Part shown: one piece after another, positions 1-11,674 of the stretch
Layout: every line of letters starts with the position of its first letter
Numbering within the stretch: the first letter of the stretch is position 1
From: Amoebidium appalachense
Taxonomy: Eukaryota > Protista > Ichthyosporea
Length of the DNA stretch: 64,000 nucleotides
NCBI GenBank assembly: GCA_963693365.1
Contig: CAVNZM010000001.1
Span: 1,580,373 to 1,644,372, forward strand
Reading direction: 5' to 3'
The notes under the pieces: model-generated
Told to the model about the DNA's origin: nothing
The model's input: only the letters and a program-made list of their open reading frames with translations
The model's database searches: none
Made by a program: the position numbers and the translations under genes

Positions 1-458
1 GTATGTGTGTACGTGTCCGTACATGCATTTGTGGCTGCAGCCCTGTGCTGCGCAGATGCAAAGTGAAGGCGGCTTATGTCCAGACATTCTAATTTTTTTG
101 TGTTTAGATAACTTGTGATATATTCAGGTTTGCATGCTCTGGTACCCCGTTATCCACATGCACGCATGGGCACAAGCAGCAACCTATGGAGCACATGCGC
201 ACATGCATGCACTCTGGTGGCCACTAACACATACACACCTGGGTTCCTTCCTTCATACCCACAATACGGACACGCACACACGCGTGCGCACGCACACGCG
301 CACGCACACGCACCCACGCATGCACGAGCACATGCACACGCACACGCGCACACGCACACGCACACGCACGCACGCACGCGCACGCACCCACGCATGCACG
401 AGCACACGCACACGCACACGCACGCACGTGCACGTACGTGTGTACTCACCGCCTACAG

Positions 459-546
459 GCCCATCTGTCGGGCCACTGCCTCCACCTGCTGCCGCCTGGC
501 TGCTGGCCCCCAGCTGCCTGGCAGCCGCATGCAGGCACTGGGGGGG
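459..546 (+). CDS. Probable internal exon of an unidentified gene extending off the left edge; frame and strand uncertain
   Basis: GC-rich unique island preceded by TACTCAC-N-CCTACAG (branch point plus acceptor) and followed by GTAGGT/GTGAGT. A minus-strand exon reading (538-450) is also possible. Confidence 0.3.
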
Positions 547-896
547 TAGGTGGGTGAGTGTGCCACGTGCATAGAAGGATGGCAAAAGTGGGGGGAGGAG
601 GGGGGGGGGATGTGTGTGATTGCATCACATATGAAGGATGAAAGGATGAGCTTGGGCCAGGGATAGCACCATAGGTGTGAAAGCATCTAGTAGGATCCAT
701 TCTCCCGAGAGTGGTAATCTGCATCACATGCAACTTAACCCCACTGCCGCCAGCCCCTTTGCCTGCTGACACCAAATAAATCAGTCCAATCACCATCTAT
801 GCAATCGGCAGGCCCAGGGTTGCTCAGTGGCAGGCCCAGGGTTTCTCAGTGATTTAGGAGTTAATGATCATGGGTCAGAGGGAGAGGGGGGGGGAA

Positions 897-938
<42 letters not shown>

Positions 939-941
<3 letters not shown>

Positions 942-1990
942 TATGGCTTACCACATGCATTTCTGAAGTTAACTTTAAAATATGAAAGAAATTTTTTTTC
1001 CAACCATTTCACTTTAGCTATCCCACGTCCCTAGGTTCAAGTGACTTCGGAATTCAAATACAAGATGTACCTGCACAAACACTTGTTACCCCCCTCCCTC
1101 CCTCCCTCCGCCCCTCCCCCGTTCCTCAGGAACGCCCCCCTCTCTTCCTTTCCCCCTCCCCCCCCCCCCTCCCCCCGTTCCTCAAAAACACCCTCCCCTC
1201 CCTCCCTCCCCCCTCCCTCCCCCCCCCCCCCCCCCCCCCTGTTCCTCAGGAACGCCCCCCTCCCCCCCCTTCCCCCCCCCCCCCCCCCCCCCATATGGCT
1301 TACCACATGCATTTATAAAGTTATCTTTCTAATATGAATGATGTTTTATTCCAATCATTTAGATCTTCAGCTATTCCACGTAACTAGGTTCCTTCGGAAT
1401 TCAAATACAAGATGTACCTGCACAACCAATTGTTACCCCCCTCCCTCCCTCCCCTCCCCCCCCCCCCCCCCCCGTTCCTTAGGAACGCCCCCTCCTCCCC
1501 TCCGCGCCCCCTCCCCCTCCCCGCCCCCTCCCCCCCCCCTCCCCCCCCCCCCCCCCCCGTTCCTCAGGAACACCCCCCCCCTCCTCCTCCCCCCTCCCCC
1601 CCCCCCGGTTCCTCGGGAACGTCTCCCCCCCCACCTCCCCCCCCCGTTCCCCAGGAACGCCCCCTCCCTCCCCTCCCCCCCCCCCCTCCCTCCCTCCCCC
1701 CCCCCCCCTGTTCCTCAGGAACGCCCCCTTCCCCACCTCCCCCCCTTCCCTCCCCCCGTTCCTCAGGAACCTCCCCCTCCCCTCTTCTCCCCCCCATATG
1801 GCTTACCACATGCATTTATAAAGTTAACTTTGTGACTTGAATGATGTTCTATTCCGATCATTTAGATCTTTAGCTAGCACGCATCCCTATGTTCCTTCTA
1901 AATTCTGCCAGCGGTTACACGATGTACCTGCACAAGCAATTATTGCCAGTTTCATAGTAAATCCCCCCTCTCCCCCCCGTTCCCCAGGAC
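939..1990. repeat. Higher-order tandem repeat: 3 copies of a ~150-bp unique module separated by C-tracts punctuated with GTTCCTCAGGAAC
   Basis: CATATGGCTTACCACATGCATTT...GATGTACCTGCACAA starts at ~940, ~1293 and ~1795. Confidence 0.85.
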
Positions 1991-2713
1991 CCCCATCCCC
2001 CCCCATCCCCCGTTTCGCAGGGACCACCCCCTCCCCCCCCCTTTCCCACCAAATATAACCAACCCTCCTGATGCATCTTAACGGAAGTAACTTCGCTATT
2101 TGAATAGCTCTTATGATTCCACTCCTTTTTCAATGTCCCCCGTCGCTATGGTCTTACTAAATTCAGTTACATGCATGTAAATGCGCGATCAATTGCTACC
2201 AAGGCCCTTGTAGATCCCCCTTCCTACCCCCCTCCCCCCCCTCCCCCCCCCCCCCCCCTTTCCCCCCACTACCCCCCCTCCCCCCCCCCCCCTCCCCCAA
2301 ATATAGCCAACCTGGCCTATGGAAGAAAAGCAAAGACTTCAACTCCAAGGCCCCACACTTCTAGCCGTGCAAGCAGAGTCAACAGACTACTAATGCTTTA
2401 GTACCACTGACCTCCACTTCATCCCCCTAAAGCTAACCCCCGAACAACATCAATTACTCCTCAACCGTTTGCCCTCTACGTGCAGAGAGTTTCGTGGTAA
2501 AACCGGTCTCTAGGCAACAGGGCGTAGGGGAGGGCGTAGGGGGGGGGGGTAGTATACGTGGGGCCGCTGATCTCGCGAGGCGAGCTCGAGATATACCTGA
2601 TCTAGCTAGAGGAGAGGGGGAAGAGAGGCCCGGAGAGACGGAGAGAGGAGAGAGTCTCAGGACAGAGCTAGAAAAGGCCGGACGCCTTTTTCTTAGGGGG
2701 CACCAGGAGGACT

Positions 2714-2744
<31 letters not shown>

Positions 2745-3455
2745 GGTTATGAGACAGGAACGTACCACTGATGTTTCATGGCACATTAGTGATATGTGCA
2801 TACAGGGTTTGCTGTGGCCATACGTATACACAAGACTCCTAATGGCAAACACAAGCGTAGCTTTGTTGGCCATGCTTTCCTCGAGAGTGTTTTCATGTGG
2901 CATAATTCATTTCATATCATTGCACCGACGGTACTTATTTGGTACATAATCCTCCGGATTCCTTTTTTTATTTGATAGTATAAGGCAGTTCTTCGAACAA
3001 AAAAACCAAAACCAAAACCAAAAACCAAAAACCAAAAACCAAAGCAAACAAACAAAAAAGGCACTAGGATTGCCAAACATGGCTCGAGTCTTGATGTAGC
3101 TGGTTGTCTTGCTTGTGTGCTGTTGTATTTTCATATTGAACCACAACCGGAAACCCAAGAAAACGAAAAGAGAGGGAAAATGAAGTCGGGCAATAAATCC
3201 ACATCACTACGAAACAATGACGTGGCATCCAATACAGTCATAACAGATGATCGCAATGTACATACTCAAACAGTAGGACATTAGGCTGTCCTTAGCTTAG
3301 CGTCCATCACATCCACAACACATCACCGTAACTTCACAGGATCGAACATCGGACACAATAGGCTGTCCCATAATTTGCCAAACCATAACAAATTACCGTA
3401 ACATCGCAGGCTCGAACATTAGGACATTAGGCTGGCCCATATGTCCCACGGCCAC

Positions 3456-3554
3456 CTACTGTTGTTGCAATGACTGCAATTCTGAAAATCTCTGCATCAG
3501 GCGGGTCTGCGAAAGAATGAACTTGGCAACACAGTTGTTGACACAGGCCTCCTG

Positions 3555-3643
<89 letters not shown>

Positions 3644-5046
3644 GTGTGCGCGGGGGGGGGGGGGGGGGGGGGGGGGGGCAAAGGAGCGGTTAGAAGGTAG
3701 AACACGGTATGAAGTACAACTACACGATGAGAAACGCGATGCAGGACACATGCAAAGAAAAACATTCCAAGTATGCAACAACAGCAACACGTGCAGTATG
3801 CAGCATAAGCAGAGCCCATCCTCCAAAAGGAGGGGGGGGGGGGGGGGGGTTTTGAATGCGTCAAAAAGTACGAAGTACACAAGAACAAACGGATAACACG
3901 ATGCAGAATGCAAGCCATACATAAAGAGTATGCATAATAAGCAGGGGGGTTGTATGCGTTAGAAGGTGGAAAGCATCACCCAAGTCAGCAAAGCCACCAA
4001 CACGACACGAAGAAGAAAAACAGCAACTGTGCATTACAGTGTGCATGCACAAGACATTTGAAAAGAGCCCATCATCGGAAATACCTATGCCCCCCCCCCC
4101 CCCCCCCCCAAAAAAAAAAAAAAAAAAAAAACTACTCTCATGTCCCATGCATTCTTCGCTTCCAAAACTTCAAACGTTATTGGGCGAGGCAAACCGTATT
4201 CGTCAAAAGCAAGCAGAATTGTTCAATGTACACACATACACAACGGGCACATGAATGTACATACAAAGAAAAACCCCTGCAAGCAACAACTGAACTGTCA
4301 GGCTTCCGGAAAACTCCCAGACATCTTAACCTGTTCGAATGAGGAGAAGAGGAGAGTGAACGACGAAAGGAGTGAGACCGAAAAAGGGGTCCCCGCGGGG
4401 AGGGGGTTTTGAATGCGGAACACGGTACGAAGTACGCATACACGATGAGAAGCATGGTGCAGGACACATGCAAAGGCAAACATTCAAGTATGCAAAATCA
4501 TCCATGCGCACAGTATGCGTCATAAGCAGAGCCCATCCTCAGGGAGGGCCCAAGTCATCAATTGCGTCCCAGTTTCGACCCCTTAGCCCGCGTATATACG
4601 CGCGGGGGGGGGGGGGGGGGGGGGGGGGATGTATCTGTTAGAGGCTTGGAAATAGGGGGAGACAACAGCAACAACGAAAACGTCACAAAAATGAGAAACC
4701 CAAAATCAAACAATTTAAGCGTGCAAGCAGAAGACACTTGAACAGAGCCCATCATCCGGGGGGGGGGGGGGGGGGGGGGGGGAGGGGGTTTGAATGCGTC
4801 CAAAAAGTACGAAGTACACAAGAACAAACGGATAACACGATGCAGAATGCAAGCCATACATAAAGAGTATGCATAATAAGCAGAGCCCATCCTCAGGGGG
4901 GGCCACGTCATCCACAGTACCCGAGTTTCGGGGGGGGGGGGGGGGGGGGGCTGAGGAAAGAAACATGCAAGCACTTTGGGTGGTAGCAATGCTTACATAG
5001 CTTGCTAGCAATGATATTTTCCTTCTTAAGTGTTTGAAGCCGAAGA

Positions 5047-5097
<51 letters not shown>

Positions 5098-6282
5098 AGA
5101 AGAAGAAAAAATGGGGGAGATTTTTTTTTTGGGGGGGGGGGGGGGGTATCCGACCTCATTCTTCTGGAGGGTTCGGCCGTTGAAGTCAAAGACACATTCG
5201 GCAAAGCACTTGGTGGTCACGGAGTTGTACAGACGCAGCTGGTCTTGCATCTGATTTAAAAAAAATTAATGCTCGGTTAAAGGGTAAATTTAAAATCTAT
5301 AAAAATCGGTACTAGTGGTGAAACCTTTTGATTTAGAGCTCAGTAAATGTGTAAAGTCATTGTATTTATAGAGCGCAGTAACCATGCTAAGACATCTTGG
5401 AATGTGTTGTGTTATTATAAGTATAGGTGCAGTAGTCATGTTAAAACATTATGGTTTTAACAAATGATGTGACGTTAAATATGTGCAATGAAAAGAAACC
5501 TTGCGTAGAGTTCATCCTCCGGAGTGGGAGAGAGTGGGGGGTGGAGTGGGTGTGTGCGTGTGGTGGGGGGTTATTACAAACGAGAGAAAGAGATAGAGAA
5601 GGGGTTGAGGTTGAGGTTGAGGTTGAGGTTGGGGCTGGGGGGGGGGGGGGAGCGGAAACAGAGAGAGAGGGGGGGGGGGAGGGGGGAGAGGGGGGGGTTG
5701 ACACGTGTGGTTGGGAGGTGGGGTCTGCATTACATCCACAGTGGAGCAGTATGCACTTAAAAGGTGGAGCAGAGTGAGCCACACTTGGTCGACCTCCCCC
5801 CCCCCCCCCCCCCCCCCCCTGGAAAAAAGAAGAAAAAAAGAAAGAAAGAAAAAAAGAAAGAAAGAAAAAAGAAAAACCACAGATGCACAGGATTTCTAAA
5901 TTCTCCCCACTGTGCAAACACCGACCACATCCATGAGGCTGATCTGAGAATGGGGTGTATGTGCTTGCGTGTACATGCATGTGCGTGTGAGCACGTTTTT
6001 GTGGGCGTTGAGGGTGCGAGCAAACATTGCGATTCGCTATTGCGTCTCTGTGAGTGTGGGTCCTGTGTCTAGAGCACGCGAAATGGATTTGGGCAGAAAA
6101 CAACAGCAGTGTGTGGATTATCAAGAACCCCCCCCCCCCCCCCATCGAAAAAAGCCCCCTGAGCCCCCCCCCCCCCCATTTCCCCTCCTCGAGACCTCGG
6201 TATGTCTAGTGTATGTGCCCATCAACAATGAAAAGGTGTTTCCGCTCACGTGTGTGCTTCTGTAAATGTCTGTAGCTTTCTC

Positions 6283-6335
<53 letters not shown>

Positions 6336-6693
6336 ACGGGGGTTTCCAAGTTCGGGTACTTCTCGTGTGCTCGTCTGGGTGGTGTATGTGTGCGTGAACG
6401 AGCTCCTATACAGTTTGTGTGTGTGTGCGTACGCGTACGCGTGCGCGTGCGTGTGCTTGTGGGGGTGGTGTATATGTGTGTGCGTGTGTGTGTGTGAGTG
6501 TGAGTGTGTGTGTCTGTGTGTTGTGTGTGTGTTTGTGTGTGTGTGTGGTGTGTGTGTGCCTGTGCCAGTGCCCAAGTTCGGATACTTCTCTTTCTCTTTC
6601 ACTTGTCTGAGTGGTGTACGTGTGCGTGATACGAGCACTTATACAGTTTGAGTGTGTGTGCGTGCGCGTGCGTGTACGTGTGCTTGTGAGAGT

Positions 6694-6744
<51 letters not shown>

Positions 6745-6825
6745 ACAACATTCACACCGTCATACCTGTTTTCTCTCGAAAATAGCATCCAGCTCTCTCT
6801 GTTGGGAGGCAGATAGGCGGCTCAT
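3456..6825 (-). CDS. TIM9: Mitochondrial intermembrane-space small Tim chaperone, Tim9-like, 83 aa; exons 6825-6766, 5250-5155, 3551-3456
   Basis: Spliced product MSRLSASQQRELDAIFERKQMQDQLRLYNSVTTKCFAECVFDFNGRTLQKNEEACVNNCVAKFILSQTRLMQRFSELQSLQQQ has the twin CX3C motif and Tim9-like KQM..LY, CF..CV.DF and RF.E. Both introns are GT-AG, phase 0. An upstream exon is possible (acceptor near 6834). Confidence 0.88.
3685..4905 (+). mobile_element. Cluster of ~6 short (100-145 bp) G-tract-bounded interspersed elements, most ending in AGAGCCCATC, inside Tim9 intron 2
   Basis: Units at ~3685-3825, 3850-3943, 3950-4078, 4407-4552, 4629-4758, 4789-4900. Units 3850-3943 and 4789-4883 are almost identical, and 4407-4552 recurs inverted at 23789-23920. 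Mobility is inferred from dispersal only. Confidence 0.6.
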
Positions 6826-6865
6826 TTTCAAGACTGTGTGAAAGCTGTCCCGTGGTTGTGTGTGT

Positions 6866-6902
<37 letters not shown>

Positions 6903-6932
6903 GACACAGGTGTCTCTGCGTATGTGCTGACA

Positions 6933-6976
<44 letters not shown>

Positions 6977-7391
6977 GACACGTGTGTGTGTGTTGTGTGT
7001 GTGCGCGTGTATCAGTGGCTCCTGGTGTAACCGTTGAGTTGTGGGCATGTGCGCAAGCATAGATAGTTGTGAATGTAACTTTCCATGTAAAGTGAGAGGG
7101 GAAGGGTGGGGGAGGGGAGGGTGGGTGGGTGGGTCAGGACGGTTATGTTAATTGAAACTCTTCTTGAAAGGAGCGGGAGGACTAGAGGACACAAAAAATA
7201 TAGGCAATAATGGCCAAACGAACTAGGAGGTGACAGAAGCAGTCGGAGGGCAGGAGCGGCAGGGGGAGGGGGAGGAGGGAGAGAGAGGGGGGAAGGGGGG
7301 GGGGGGAGGGGAGGGGGGGGGGGGGGGGGGGGGAGGGACAGTCAGTGTCCGGAGGGAGGGGTCAGGAGGGAGGGAGGGGGTCAGGAGGGGG

Positions 7392-7590
7392 GGAGGCTAA
7401 GGAGACACCAAGTTAAATGGTGATCATACTTAAGAGCAATAGGAAGGGAAAACAAATGGTCATACAGTAAAGGAGTTCACTAGGGAAGGGGGAGGGGGGA
7501 GGCTAAGGAGGCACCAAGTTAAATGGTGATCATACTTAAAGAGCAATAGGAAGGGAAAACAAGTGGTCATACAGTAATGGAGTTCACTAG
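7392..7590. repeat. Direct tandem duplication of ~100 bp
   Basis: GGAGGCTAAGGAG.CACCAAGTTAAATGGTGATCATACTTAA...GGAGTTCACTAG occurs twice. Confidence 0.85.
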
Positions 7591-9472
7591 AACATGCAGT
7601 CACACCACCGAAACTGTTCAAGTGAGAAGTAAAAAAGACCATACACTACAGTTAACAGGCGTGAAGAGAATGACGAAGCTAGCAAGAACACGATGAAGGG
7701 TGTGGGAATGGTCGTAGTGGTGGTTCAGAAGGGGAGCGATGGAATCGTGGGAAACATGTTGGGCTCAAAGACGGGGAAGGGGGAGGGGGGGGGGGGGGGG
7801 GAGGGGGGAGGGAGGAAGTGAAGAGATGCAACAGGGGTTGGAGAACGAAAGCAGGCGGAAGCAGTAGGAGGAATAGGGAAGCACATGAGATGGGAGGGGT
7901 TAGAAAAGGACAAGCCTTCTTGAGCAAACCACACGAGGGTGGCTGTGTGGCAAAGACACAATTTTTTCCTCCCCCTCTTCCTCCTCTCAATCTCCCGCCC
8001 GCATCTCTCTCTCACGTCTCTCTCCCCTTAGCACACACAACGCCCATCCTCCAACCGTCTTTCCACTTATCCCTTTTCCTCATCGTCAACTTCTCCCAAA
8101 CAAGCGACGCACACTATTGACCTTGCTGTGCGCCATTCCACGTATGCTTCCTCTCCATGTCTCTGTCATCCAACTTTCAAAAGCCTACCTCTCCCTTCAC
8201 AGCCTCCAAGGACCAAACATAGTCCTTCTCCCTCACTCCCCCACCTCCCAAATGACCCCGAGCCAACCCCTCCCTCACTCCCTCACTCTTCCGGACAACC
8301 ACACCCTGCATCGAACCCACGAGCCAACGTCATCTACACTTTTGTAGAGATTTGAAGGGGAAAAAATCTCTTGAAAATGAAGCAGCAATAGAAGCCCGGT
8401 ATAGTGGAGGTAGAATATTATATACACACCTTAAGATGTTAGGTTCCCTAAGAGATGATACCAAAACACAACGAAAGATTTAGTTAGATACGTAAGCCGT
8501 GGCACTGTGGCGGATGCGCGGATGTGTAGTCTAGACTGTGTATACTCTGAGCCAGCTTTTCCATGCCTATGTCATACGTACACATGTTCAAACGGCAAAT
8601 ATTCTCTTATGTTATTATATTTTTGCTTTTGATACTTGTGTCAATGAATCTTTTTTTTTTTTTCATATTTCAAATATGAGAAAAAGCACATCTACAAATA
8701 GGTACCTGTTAACGATAAGTTCGAAATATGTCTGAGCGAACACCGTGGCACACGCGGAACTATCGCTGCTTGGATTCCGTGACGATGGATGGCATGCATG
8801 TTAGACTATTTGTTCCCAGAGGCTGGATCTTTGGAGATAGAGAGGGGCATGGGGGAGGAAGGACTGAGCGGTTTATAGATGCTGAGGAACTCCAATCAGG
8901 TACGTCCATCTGCCCGGATCTACGAGAGCGGCGCTCCCTTTTGGACCTCTTGGTCAATCAGAAGCCATGGGAAAAAAGCAAAGCCTTACCGGGCTAAAGT
9001 TCCTGGTGATAGGTGATTGTGAGCGTCATTATGTGACTAGAGCATTAAGCGTTAAATCACTGGTCGAAAATCGTAGATTGCTGATTGGCCATCGGGTTAT
9101 AGTTACATTAAATCTTAGAAAGCCTTAGCGCATGGATCTATAAAACATGTGATCTTTGCCAATCACCTATTCCACCGAGATCTATGACACTGTATTCCGC
9201 TTTGTGACGCCTTTACACGAGATCACGATCAATCGAAGATATCAGATGTTTCGCGAGCCACGCCGGGGCGAGCGCCGGGCTGAGCGCAAGCGAGGCCCGG
9301 CAGCGAGCCCGGACCGAAGATGGGCCACAACGATATGGCGTAGCCATTGATGGCATTTATGGCCAGCCACGACGATAATGGCACAATGGCGCGATCGCGA
9401 TGATGGGATGGGAGTGGACTATCCCGGATATCGTGATTAGATTAGTGTATCATCGTAGTCATCTGAAAGGGG

Positions 9473-9544
9473 GGCGGGTTGGTGCAATGGTAAGATCTCT
9501 GCGTGTCAAGCTCAAAGTCGCAGGATCGATCCTGGTTACTTCCG
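9473..9544 (+). pseudogene. Degenerate tRNA-like element (Pol III A box plus B box); nominal anticodon position GTC
   Basis: A box TGGTGCAATGG (9480-9490), B box GGATCGATCC (9523-9532) at tRNA spacing, T-arm-like CAGG-ATCGAT-CCTG, then T5. Acceptor and anticodon stems pair poorly. Confidence 0.6.
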
Positions 9545-9550
9545 ATTTTT

Positions 9551-9669
9551 GGTTACGGCCATACCTAGCAGAAAGCACCCCATCTCGTCCGATCTGGGAA
9601 GTTAAACTGCTATGGGCGTGGTTAGTACTGCGGTGGGGGACCACGCGGGAATACCACGTGCTGTAATCT
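9551..9669 (+). rRNA. 5S rRNA: 5S ribosomal RNA (119 nt)
   Basis: GGTTACGGCCATACC...CTCGTCCGATCT...GGTTAGTACT...GGGGGACCAC.CGGGAATACC..GTGCTGTAATCT. Helices I (GGTTACGGC/GCTGTAATC), II (CCTAGCAG/CTGCTATGG), IV and V all pair. Confidence 0.97.
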
Positions 9670-10847
9670 AATAAAAAGTGTGTAAACCCCGGAAATAAAG
9701 AACCAATATTACTTGTAAAATAAGTGATTATTAAAATCATTTTTTTATAGTTCCTTAGAACCAAACATTGCCCTGCGCATTGTTTACTCGACTGGGATGG
9801 TTTGACCGTTGGCGAACTTGGCTCACACAGGAGCCACGGTGCCACGTTTTATTCCCGAATGCGCCTGAGATCAAAGAAGCTGATTGGTACATAGAGGTCC
9901 GTTTGTGTTTCCGCTGATTTGGTTGGGTTATGCTAAACCTATGAAGAGGTGGGCAGATTTATTCTTAAATGTTCGAGATTAGTAGGACATTGAATGGGTT
10001 GGTTGCGCCTTTTTTTTAGCTAATTAGTAATTTATTTATTATAATATTACCATTTATTTATAAAAAGTTAGTTGTTTTCAATTGTTTGTTACTAAATAAG
10101 TGAAAAACCATATCCCTTAAAAGGATGATGTTTAGACGATTTGCCCTACTCTTATTTAGGATACGCACATGGGAGCTGGATCTTATGTTGATCGCTTAGT
10201 ACTATTCCAAAACACACTTTAGTTGGATAGGGATCATGATAAGAATTAGCATACGATCTGATGTGAGCATCACATTTCCGGCAAAACTTGCTTGATTGGA
10301 TCAACCGACACTGTGTCATTTAGCGACTGTCGTTTGCTAAATTGCAACCCTGATTTTAGACTAATCAGAGAAGGTTTTGGTCTCTTAATCCAACTTAACA
10401 CAACAATAAACGAACCAAAAGCCGCCTTCAAGAAAGTGCCGTTCCCAGCAACAGACAACTTGTGCACCAACAGGCACCAGCTGGCTTGCCATATTCTCAC
10501 ATGGTCACGAGTCTCGTGCATATATATGGCTGATGACTCACGGCATGCAACCATTGCGGCTCAAAAAAATCGTAATTAATACACAGTATAGAAGATTATT
10601 TCATCAAAATCAATAAGAAAAAAATAAACCGCTAAAATCCTTATACTTTCTATTGATTATTTGCTCATACCTACATATCCAACCCTGGGCCTGTGGCTCT
10701 TCACTGAGACACATGTGGCTCACCCATGAGCCTTTATGGTTTCAAGCAGTGTTTTGATTGGTGATCGTTTCTTATAGATCACGCAGACCTCACACCGCCT
10801 CACGGCGGGCCACAGTGCATGGATCTAGTTGGGCGAGAGCAAAGCAC

Positions 10848-10854
10848 TATAAAA
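10848..10854 (+). promoter_or_regulatory. TATA box of the zinc-finger gene
   Basis: TATAAAA ~100 bp upstream of the ATG at 10955; a CCAAT-like GATTGG lies at ~10756. Confidence 0.5.
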
Positions 10855-10954
10855 CCCGCGTTGGCGCAGGCGGGTTCAGTTCTCTGCGCTTTCGAAATCT
10901 CTTTGTATCGTAACCTGTAAGTAGGTTTACTATCGACGCAGTAAACATCACAGA

Positions 10955-11674
10955 ATGGGGCGAACACTTTTCCAATGCTTGGTTCCTGGCTGCGATAGCA
11001 CGCCCAGTAAGAAGCATAACGTGGAGCGCCATGTGTGGCTTCAACACGTTCGGAAGTGGATGAATTGCCGTACACAGGAGTATAACGTTACGGTGCACAA
11101 ACGCTATGTCGAGTCTTACGTGGGCCGTCATCACAGTAGTGGTAACTCCGAGTTGCTCACCCCACCACACACCCCAGACACAGTGTCTGAGTGCGGGGAG
11201 CATTCCGTTCCTGTGAGCGCAGCGAACACGCCCAGAATCGGATCGCCCTTGGTGTCTGCTTCTTCCACTCCCACTATGACGAAGTTCCCCACCAACCCCT
11301 CCTTTGATAACTACCTTGCCGAACTTGCTGCAAACGAAGGCAAGACAACCAACGCGAAGGAAGCCACAGACGATGTCACCGCCGCACAACAGCTGGCGCT
11401 CCTGTCTCAACAACAACACGCACGCGCTCAAAACGCCGAATGGCAAGCGGGTAACCAATACACCAACCCCTACGGATATTACCAACCGTCGTTCCAGTGC
11501 CCACCGGGTTTCCCCGCGCCACAACAGCAAGGCTACCCACAGGCACCACCACAGCCTCGTTCTGGTTTGGATGAGTTGGCATTTGCTGCATGCGAGATAT
11601 CAAGAGTGGCGGCGATGGTAGGCGTGGGCCCTGATACGTTGTCCCTTGACAAGAGACACTGGCGTCCTTGGTAG
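10955..11674 (+). CDS. Intronless single C2H2 zinc-finger protein (putative transcription factor), 239 aa
   Basis: FQCLVPGCDSTPSKKHNVERHVWLQH = C-x4-C-x12-H-x4-H. S/T/P-rich and Q/P-rich regions follow, with a C-terminal GLDELAFAA motif. No microsatellites in the ORF. Confidence 0.8.
   Translation: MGRTLFQCLVPGCDSTPSKKHNVERHVWLQHVRKWMNCRTQEYNVTVHKRYVESYVGRHHSSGNSELLTPPHTPDTVSECGEHSVPVSAANTPRIGSPLVSASSTPTMTKFPTNPSFDNYLAELAANEGKTTNAKEATDDVTAAQQLALLSQQQHARAQNAEWQAGNQYTNPYGYYQPSFQCPPGFPAPQQQGYPQAPPQPRSGLDELAFAACEISRVAAMVGVGPDTLSLDKRHWRPW

Noticed and set aside
450-540. Minus-strand peptide ACMRLPGSWGPAARRQQVEAVARQMGL* resembling an ABCG transporter segment, with possible TAG readthrough
   Set aside because: No other ABC motifs nearby; the plus-strand exon reading has equally good splice signals; too short to support.
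9473-9544. Functional tRNA-Asp(GTC) or UGA-reading tRNA(TCA)
   Set aside because: Acceptor, D and anticodon stems have multiple mismatches and the T loop is 6 nt, so it is kept only as a tRNA-like element.
10270-10579. Overlapping ~95-aa ORFs on both strands upstream of the zinc-finger gene
   Set aside because: No recognisable motif or splice context; likely chance ORFs in promoter or intergenic DNA.
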